NCBI GenBank assembly: GCA_947631025.1
Contig: CANRKA010000001.1
Coordinates: 8,007 to 72,006, forward strand
Source: an uncultured Clostridia bacterium
GTDB taxonomy: Bacteria; Bacillota; Clostridia; TANB77; CAG-508
Reading direction: 5' to 3'
DNA: 64,000 nucleotides
The translations under genes were made by a program, and so were the position numbers. Shown here piece after piece: positions 57,247-64,000 of this stretch (positions are counted from its first letter, which is position 1; each line of letters begins with the position of its first letter). The notes below the pieces were generated by a model. The model worked only from the letters and a program-made list of their open reading frames with translations. It ran no database searches and was not told where the DNA came from.

Positions 57247-58359
57247 TTATTTAATTGTTTCACTTATTACTTTAGATAAATATTTCATACTTGTTAAACA
57301 TTCTTCCATAGTATTTCCTGTTGCACCAACTTCTATTATTGTTGCTGCATTTGAAACATTTTGATTATATCTTGAATTTCTTATTATTATAGGTTTAAAT
57401 AACCCTGGATACATTTCGTTTGCTTTTTCTTGAATTTTTACCGCAAATTTTAAATTGTTTTGCCAATTTGGATGTTCTAATCCACCTCCATCTGTTCCTA
57501 TTACAAACATAAGCTGTGCTGCATATTCATCTCCTATTTTTACTTTAGGCGCATAATTGTTATTAGAGCCAACCGCATCCCTATGTAAATCTATTATCAT
57601 TTCTGCTCCTTGATTATTAGAAAGAATACTATTTACAGTGTTTAAAGAACGGTCATATGAGCCAGAATATGCAGGATAATCGTGAAAGGTTTGGTCGTGT
57701 ATTACATTATAGCCATATTTATTTAAATAGTCCGTAAGCTCTGTTCCAACACGGGCAACAGTAAAATTTAAATCTGTTGTTCTATATGTTCCTGTTGGTA
57801 CATAACTAAATTTTTCGCTTGAGGTATAACTTTCACATGTATGTGTATGATAAATTATTACATCTTTTTTGTTTTTTAATTCAAAATTTGGTGTTAATAT
57901 TTCTTGTGTTAAAGGATATTTGCTAGAATTACGAACTTGTACAGTTCCATATGTATCTGTGTATTTTTGTTCTATTCCACTATCTATAATCTCTGTTCCT
58001 AATCCTGTTTTGGCATCCTCTAAATTTTTACTATTTATAGATGTTTCAATTTGTGTATCTTGTTTTACCATTTTTATATAACCAAGTTCCATATTTAATA
58101 TTTTTTTTGCTAATGATTTTTCTTTTTTGTCTACTTTTTCATCTTCATTAATTTTTGTTAAATTTGGTATAATATTTTCCATACAATTAACAAGCGCTAC
58201 TTTTGTAATAGGCTTTCTTTCTTCTAAATTACCTTTATTATTGGAAAAAAAATATCTAGTACAAAGTACAAGTATTGAAATAATTAATATTGCACTTGCT
58301 AGATATTTTACTATATCTTTTAATTTTATAACTAACATTATTTTCTCCTTCGCATACAT
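57247..58359 (-). CDS. spoIIP: Stage II sporulation protein P (SpoIIP amidase/endopeptidase)
   Basis: N-terminal TM, then VIIYHTHTCESY, MIIDLHRDAV and ATIIEVGATGNTMEE, the PF07454 signature. Confidence 0.85.
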   Translation of the reverse strand: MYAKEKIMLVIKLKDIVKYLASAILIISILVLCTRYFFSNNKGNLEERKPITKVALVNCMENIIPNLTKINEDEKVDKKEKSLAKKILNMELGYIKMVKQDTQIETSINSKNLEDAKTGLGTEIIDSGIEQKYTDTYGTVQVRNSSKYPLTQEILTPNFELKNKKDVIIYHTHTCESYTSSEKFSYVPTGTYRTTDLNFTVARVGTELTDYLNKYGYNVIHDQTFHDYPAYSGSYDRSLNTVNSILSNNQGAEMIIDLHRDAVGSNNNYAPKVKIGDEYAAQLMFVIGTDGGGLEHPNWQNNLKFAVKIQEKANEMYPGLFKPIIIRNSRYNQNVSNAATIIEVGATGNTMEECLTSMKYLSKVISETIK

Positions 58360-58409
58360 GTTTCTTTAATATATATGCAAAGGAATTGTTTTTATGTCTA
58401 TATTTAATT

Positions 58410-59166
58410 TTAAGTTCTTTGTTTTACTGCTTCATATATTACAATTCCGGCTGATACAGAAGCATTTAATGATGTTATTTTACCCTTCATTGGGATTTTT
58501 ACTAAAAAATCGCAGTTTTCTTTTACTAATCTACTCATTCCAAATCCTTCACTTCCAATTACTATTGCAAGTGGACCTTTTAAATCTTGATTATAATAGT
58601 ATGTATCTGTTTCCATATCTGTTCCACAAACCCATATACCATTTTCTTTTAAATAATTTATTGTTTCATTTAGATTATTTACTCTTGCAATTTTTATATG
58701 TTCTACTGCACCTGCAGATGTTTTATTTACAGTACTATTTACACTAGCAGACCTTCTTTTTGGTATTATTACTCCATGGCATCCTGCTGTTTCTGCTGTT
58801 CTTATTATTGAACCTAAATTATGTGGGTCTTCTATTCCATCTAGCAGTATTAAAAAAGGAGCTTCGTTTTTGCTTTTTGCAAAATCTAAAATATCTTCTA
58901 TATCGCAATATTTAAAAGGTGGTACAATTGCAATTACACCTTGACAATTATTTGTTTGAGACATTTGTTCTAATTGTCTTTTATCTTTTTCTACTACAAT
59001 AATTTTGTTTTTTCTTGCCATTGCTATTATTTTATTAATTGAACCGATGCTTTTCTCCTTTTGATACAAATATTTTATTTATGTCTTTACCCGCTTCTAA
59101 AAGTTCTATAACAGAATTTCTTCCTTCAACCTGGTCATCATAAATATTTTCTTTTTTATTATCCAT
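58410..59166 (-). pseudogene. rlmB: 23S rRNA (guanosine-2'-O)-methyltransferase RlmB (SpoU/TrmH family). The N-terminal frame is disrupted near 59045.
   Basis: ORF 58410..59069 carries the SPOUT domain (EDPHNLGSIIRTAETAGCHGVII, IVIGSEGFGMS). Upstream, ATG 59166 plus the RBS GGAGAAGAAAGG encodes MDNKKENIYDDQVEGRNSVIELLEAGKDINKIFVSKGEK, the RlmB N-terminal domain. This then hits a stop one frame off at a gagaaaagc run. Confidence 0.75.
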
Positions 59167-59175
59167 TTAAATTTT

Positions 59176-59739
59176 CTACCTTTCTTCTCCTTTACTTATA
59201 TTTGCTTGACCTTTTTCGTTGTATCTACTATTAACCTTCTTTAAATTAGTTTCTAAAATATCGTTCATAGAAATATTTAATTCACTTGATAATTTTAAAA
59301 CATTTTTATATTGATTTCTTAATGCTTTTTCTAATTTTTCTTTTTCTATTTCACCTTTTCTATATTTTATATATCTTTGTGTAATCTTACCAGAAGCTTG
59401 TCCTATTTTAATACTATCTTTTATTAATTCTACTCTATTTTCTTCTTTTTCTTCTTCTGGAACTTTTCTTTCTAAATTTTGCATATCAATATTATTGTTT
59501 CTACAGATTAATGCCATATACCACATTAAGTCTCCAAGTTCGCCTGTTATTGACTGTTTGTCTAAAGGTTTTTCATGGTAATTTCCCTTACATAATGGTT
59601 TTCTTAATTCTGCTACTATTTCTCCAGATTCTTCTAACAATCCCATACATGCGTATCTCATGCCTTCTTTATTAGGTTTAGCAATTGTAGGATTTAATCT
59701 TTCTAGTGCTAAGATTTGATATTCTTTTAGTGTTATCAT
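59176..59739 (-). CDS. MazG-like nucleotide pyrophosphohydrolase
   Basis: MGLLEESGEIVAEL...ELGDLMWYMALIC is the E-x2-E...E-x2-D all-alpha NTP-PPase motif. The start was moved to ATG 59739, preceded by AAAGGAAAG. The track start at 59766 overlaps lepA and lacks an RBS. Confidence 0.7.
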   Translation of the reverse strand: MITLKEYQILALERLNPTIAKPNKEGMRYACMGLLEESGEIVAELRKPLCKGNYHEKPLDKQSITGELGDLMWYMALICRNNNIDMQNLERKVPEEEKEENRVELIKDSIKIGQASGKITQRYIKYRKGEIEKEKLEKALRNQYKNVLKLSSELNISMNDILETNLKKVNSRYNEKGQANISKGEER

Positions 59740-59755
59740 TTTATATCTTTCCTTT

Positions 59756-61567
59756 CTATTCTTCATCTAATTTTAATACAGACAAAAATGCTTCTTGTGG
59801 TATATCTACATTTCCTATTTGTCTCATTTTCTTTTTTCCCTTCTTTTGTTTCTCTAATAACTTTTTCTTTCTTGTTATATCTCCTCCATAACACTTAGCA
59901 AGTACATCTTTTCTCATTGCAGATATTGTTTCTCTTGCTATTATTTGCCCACCTATTACTGCCTGAATTGGAATACTAAATAATTGTCTTGGTATTACTG
60001 TTTTTAGCTTTTCTATCATTTTTTTGCCTCTTGTATATGCATTATCTTTATATACCATAAATGATAATGCGTCAACGCCTTCACCATTTACATGAATATC
60101 TAATTTCACTAAATTTGACTTTCTATACTCTTTAAATTCATAATCGAAAGAAGCATATCCTTTTGTTTTAGATTTTAAATTATCAAAAAAGTCATATATT
60201 ATTTCATTTAAAGGCATTTCGTATATAATAGTTACTCTATTTTCATCTAAATATTTCATATCTATGTAAATGCCACGTCTATTTTGACATATTTCCATTA
60301 TGTTTCCAACACATTCTTTTGGTGTTAAAATTTCTGCTGTAACAAAAGGCTCTTCTATATAGGCTATTTCTTGTGGTGTTGGTAAATCTGCTGGATTATA
60401 AAGTTCTATTACTTCACCAGTAGTTTTGTGTACTTTATAAATAACAGAAGGTGATGTTGTAATTAAGCTTAAATCAAATTCTCTATTTAACCTTTCTTGT
60501 ATAATTTCTAAATGAAGCAAACCTAAAAATCCACATCTAAAGCCATAGCCTAAAGCTGTTGAAGTTTCTTGTTCATATTCTAGCGCTGCATCATTTAATT
60601 TTAATTTTTCTAATGCAACTTTTAAATTTTCGTAATCACTTCCATCCATTGGGTATAAACCACAATACACCATTGGATTTACTTTTTTATAGCCTGGAAG
60701 TGGCTGATCCGCCGGATTTTCTTTTAATGTTATTGTATCTCCTACATGTATATCTGATAAATTTTTAATACTTGCTGCAATATAGCCTACTTCTCCTGCT
60801 TTTAACTCATTACATGGTAAATATTGCCCTGGTTCAAAATAACCTACTTCTGTTACAGTAAAAGATTTTTTTGTTGCCATAAGAATTATTTCATCTCCAA
60901 CTTTTACTTTACCATCTTTTACTCTTACATAGCTTACAGCACCTTTATAATTATCATAAAAAGAATCAAATATTAAACATTTTAACTCTTTATTTTCATC
61001 ACCTTTTGGACTTGGAATATCTGTTACAATTCTTTCTAGTACTTGGTCTACATTTAAGCCAGATTTTGCAGAAATACAAGGACTATCTTGTGCAGGAATT
61101 CCTATTATATCTTCAATCTCATGTTTAACTTCATCTGGTCTTGCATTTGGAAGGTCTATTTTATTTATTACAGGTAAAATTTCTAAATTATTATCTAAAG
61201 CTAAATACACATTTGCAAGAGTTTGTGCCTCAACACCTTGACTACTATCTACAACTAAAATTGCACCATCACAGGCAGCTAAACTACGAGAAACCTCATA
61301 ATTAAAATCAACATGTCCAGGTGTATCTATTAAATTTAAAATATATTCATTTCCATCTTTAGCATTATATTTCATTCTAACAGCTTGAGACTTAATAGTA
61401 ATTCCACGTTCACGTTCAATATCCATATTATCTAAAACTTGAGATTCCATCTCTCTTTTAGAAAGAACACCTGTCATCTCAATTAATCTATCTGCTAAAG
61501 TAGATTTACCATGGTCTATATGTGCAATAATACTAAAATTTCTAATAAACTTTTGTCTATCTTGCAT
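59756..61567 (-). CDS. lepA: Elongation factor 4 (LepA)
   Basis: [20 protein letters not shown]-domain, DTPGHVDF, and a C-terminal LepA-specific domain ending ...[16 protein letters not shown]. The start was moved to ATG 61567, preceded by GGAGGAAG. Confidence 0.9.
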   Translation of the reverse strand: MQDRQKFIRNFSIIAHIDHGKSTLADRLIEMTGVLSKREMESQVLDNMDIERERGITIKSQAVRMKYNAKDGNEYILNLIDTPGHVDFNYEVSRSLAACDGAILVVDSSQGVEAQTLANVYLALDNNLEILPVINKIDLPNARPDEVKHEIEDIIGIPAQDSPCISAKSGLNVDQVLERIVTDIPSPKGDENKELKCLIFDSFYDNYKGAVSYVRVKDGKVKVGDEIILMATKKSFTVTEVGYFEPGQYLPCNELKAGEVGYIAASIKNLSDIHVGDTITLKENPADQPLPGYKKVNPMVYCGLYPMDGSDYENLKVALEKLKLNDAALEYEQETSTALGYGFRCGFLGLLHLEIIQERLNREFDLSLITTSPSVIYKVHKTTGEVIELYNPADLPTPQEIAYIEEPFVTAEILTPKECVGNIMEICQNRRGIYIDMKYLDENRVTIIYEMPLNEIIYDFFDNLKSKTKGYASFDYEFKEYRKSNLVKLDIHVNGEGVDALSFMVYKDNAYTRGKKMIEKLKTVIPRQLFSIPIQAVIGGQIIARETISAMRKDVLAKCYGGDITRKKKLLEKQKKGKKKMRQIGNVDIPQEAFLSVLKLDEE

Positions 61568-61750
61568 TGCTTCCTCCATTTTAATTATTTAGGCTATATT
61601 ATACATTTTTTATGATAAATTGTAAATACAAAAATTAATAAACATTTGTTTTTTACTTCTATTGACTTTTATACATCTTGCATATATAATTTCATACAAA
61701 ATAGCTATATTATATAATTTTATGTATGTCAAATTTTGGAGGTTAATATT

Positions 61751-64000
61751 TTGAATAAATTTTATTTAAACAAATTAGAATATAACAAAATACTAGAAAT
61801 ATTATCAAGCTTTGCTGTAACATATATTGGAAAAAATGAATGTAACAATTTATTGCCTTATAACGATAAAAGTAAGGTTATTAAAGTTTTAAATGAAACT
61901 ACCGAAGCAAATACTTTATTGCAAAGAAAAGGAAATATTCCTATTTCTTTTATTGATAATGTAGAAATTTTTATAAAAGCAATTAAAGGTGGAATTACCC
62001 TATCTACTAAAGGGCTTTTAGAAATGGCTAGAATTTTAAAAATGTGCAGACAAATGCATGAGTACTTTTATTCTAATGATGGCCTAAGTTTAGATGAATT
62101 TCCAATTTTAAATGAGTATTTTAATTCTATTTATATAAATAAAAATATAGAACAAACTATTTTTGCAAATATTATTGACGAAACTACAATAAGCGATAAT
62201 GCCTCTAAAAAGCTTTATAGTATTAGAAAAGATTTAAGAAATTTAGAACAAGATATAAAACAAAAACTTAATAATTTTATTCATTCTTCTACTTACTCTA
62301 AATACTTGCAAGAAAATGTTATAACAATTAGAAATGACAGATTTGTAATTCCTGTTAAGCAAGAGTATCGTTCACAAATAAAAGGATTTGTACACGATAT
62401 TTCTTCTAGTGGCTCTACAGTTTTTATAGAACCTATGGCTATTTTTGAAATTAATAATCAAATTAATAATTTAAAAATTGATGAAAATATAGAAATAGAA
62501 AAAATTTTAAAGCAATATACAGATCTTTTTATACCTATTGTAGAAGAAACAGAAAATAATATTAGAATTATTGGTAGACTTGACTTTATATTTGCTAAAG
62601 CTAAATATGCTTTAAGTATAAATGCTACTAACCCACAAATAAACAATACAAAACAAATAAATTTAATAGGTGCTAAACATCCCTTAATAGATATTAAAAA
62701 AGCTGTTCCTATAGATATAAATTTAGGAATTGATTTTTCATGTTTAGTAATTACTGGTCCTAATACCGGTGGTAAAACTGTAAGCATAAAAACTGTTGGT
62801 CTTTTATGCTTAATGGCAATGAGTGGGCTTCATATTCCTGCAAAAGAAAAGTCTTCTATTTATGTATTTGACAACATTTTTGCAGATATTGGAGATGAAC
62901 AAAGTATACAAGAAAATTTAAGTACTTTTTCTAGCCATATGAAAAACATTATAGAAATTATAAATAGTTCTACAAGCGAAAGCTTAATATTACTAGATGA
63001 GCTAGGTTCCGGAACAGACCCTGTTGAAGGAAGTAGTTTAGCAATTAGTATTTTAGAAGATTTTTATAATAAGGGAGCTCTTACAATTGCAACAACGCAT
63101 TATCCAGAAATTAAACAATATGCCCTACAAAACAAAGGCTTTTCAAATGCAAGTTGTGAATTTGATATAAAAAATCTACGTCCAACTTATAAATTACTAT
63201 TGGGAATTCCTGGCAAGAGTAATGCATTTGCAATTAGTAAAAAATTAGGATTAAATACTCATATTTTAGATAGAGCAAATGAATTTTTATCACAAGATAC
63301 CATAAATATAGAGGATTTACTTAAAAATATACATGATAGCAAATTACAAATTGAAAGAGAAAAAGATGAAATAGAAAAAAATTTACATCAAGTAGAACTT
63401 TTAAGAAAAAATTTAGAAAAAGATAATACAGAAATTGAAAATAAAACTAAAAAAATTGTTGAAGATGCAAAACAAGAAGCAAGACAAATTTTATTAGATG
63501 CAAAAGATAACGCAACAAAAATTATTAGAGAAATGAAAACTACTTCTAATAATTTAAAGGATTTAGAAAACCTTCGAAATAACTTAAATAACTCCATAAA
63601 AGATATTTCTTATATAGGCTTAATGTCTTCTAGCTTAAGTAATGATAAAGCCATACCTCTACAAATAGATAATATAGAAATTGGAATGAGCGTTTATATA
63701 ATTAGTTTAAACCAAAAAGGAATTATACTTTCGCTACCTAATAAAGATAATAATGTTAGAGTTCAAATAGGAAGCTTGAAAACAAATGTAAATATATCAG
63801 ATTTAAGTTTATTACCTAAACAAGATATAAAAAAAGAAATTGCTAAAAGCAATGGTAAGAATAATTTTAAATCTAAAAATGTCTCTACCGAAATAAATAT
63901 AATAGGCCTAACAACAGATGAAGCAATTCCTATTGTAGACAAATATTTAGATGATGTATATTTATCTAGTCTAAAATCTGTAAGAATTGTACATGGTAAA
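61751..64000 (+). CDS. mutS2: Endonuclease MutS2 (MutS domain plus C-terminal Smr). It is 3'-truncated by the window edge.
   Basis: A TTG start at 61751 follows TTGGAGGTT. The N-terminus LNKLEYNKILEILSSFA, Walker A ITGPNTGGKTV, LLDELGSGTDPVEGS, a coiled-coil region and the beginning of Smr (KSVRIVHGK) are present. The frame stays open to the end of the window. Confidence 0.85.
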   Translation, partial: MNKFYLNKLEYNKILEILSSFAVTYIGKNECNNLLPYNDKSKVIKVLNETTEANTLLQRKGNIPISFIDNVEIFIKAIKGGITLSTKGLLEMARILKMCRQMHEYFYSNDGLSLDEFPILNEYFNSIYINKNIEQTIFANIIDETTISDNASKKLYSIRKDLRNLEQDIKQKLNNFIHSSTYSKYLQENVITIRNDRFVIPVKQEYRSQIKGFVHDISSSGSTVFIEPMAIFEINNQINNLKIDENIEIEKILKQYTDLFIPIVEETENNIRIIGRLDFIFAKAKYALSINATNPQINNTKQINLIGAKHPLIDIKKAVPIDINLGIDFSCLVITGPNTGGKTVSIKTVGLLCLMAMSGLHIPAKEKSSIYVFDNIFADIGDEQSIQENLSTFSSHMKNIIEIINSSTSESLILLDELGSGTDPVEGSSLAISILEDFYNKGALTIATTHYPEIKQYALQNKGFSNASCEFDIKNLRPTYKLLLGIPGKSNAFAISKKLGLNTHILDRANEFLSQDTINIEDLLKNIHDSKLQIEREKDEIEKNLHQVELLRKNLEKDNTEIENKTKKIVEDAKQEARQILLDAKDNATKIIREMKTTSNNLKDLENLRNNLNNSIKDISYIGLMSSSLSNDKAIPLQIDNIEIGMSVYIISLNQKGIILSLPNKDNNVRVQIGSLKTNVNISDLSLLPKQDIKKEIAKSNGKNNFKSKNVSTEINIIGLTTDEAIPIVDKYLDDVYLSSLKSVRIVHGK

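Noticed and set aside
1-64000. CRISPR arrays, rRNA or tRNA genes, transposases, integrases or prophage genes
   Set aside because: No regularly spaced direct repeats were seen. No GC-rich cloverleaf-sized islands were found other than the single structured element at 53.6 kb. No ORF has DDE or tyrosine-recombinase motifs.

Overview
This 64 kb window is from a very AT-rich, Clostridium-like Firmicute. The call rests on sporulation genes (spoVT, spoIIP), a ChW-repeat protein and GC content of roughly 25%. Almost every gene is on the minus strand.

Positions 636-33547 form one tightly packed, co-directional cell-surface glycopolymer locus of about 33 kb. It contains a Wzx flippase and a TagG/TagH ABC-2 exporter. 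It also contains a TagF-family CDP-alditol phosphotransferase and an IspD/TarI-family cytidylyltransferase. There are about nine GT2 transferases, three GT4, one GT8 and a GT32+GT4 fusion. It also has three GtrB/DPM1-like polyprenyl-phosphate glycosyltransferases interleaved with five large polytopic membrane proteins (candidate GT-C transferases or polymerases). Sugar-modifying enzymes in the locus are an FAD oxidoreductase, a xylose-isomerase-like TIM-barrel enzyme and an SDR epimerase. The locus is bounded by a sigma-A-like promoter next to a bidirectional terminator at 33519-33577. A secreted ChW-repeat protein gene follows wzx immediately.

No initiating phosphoglycosyltransferase, LCP ligase or Wzz is recognisable, and export is a hybrid of flippase and ABC routes. 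The locus carries a G8 homopolymer inside a glycosyltransferase active-site motif. It also carries a roughly 53-bp direct repeat bracketing one membrane-protein gene, and a frameshifted GT-C-like gene.

The rest of the window is housekeeping: spoVT, a KAP-family P-loop NTPase inserted after recD2-comFC, tyrS, truB, a NodB deacetylase, pgi, cysS, a class A PBP and two ABC exporters. It continues with a GC-rich structured RNA candidate (6S-like or cis-regulatory), fba, hit, a minimised AlaRS paralogue, spoIIP, rlmB, a MazG-like gene, lepA and the start of mutS2 (the only plus-strand gene).

At least eight frame disruptions hit genes that should be intact (truB, cysS, rlmB, both ABC exporters, the GT-C gene). 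This most likely reflects indel errors in the assembly, so every pseudogene call here is provisional. No CRISPR array, rRNA, tRNA or obvious transposase was found.
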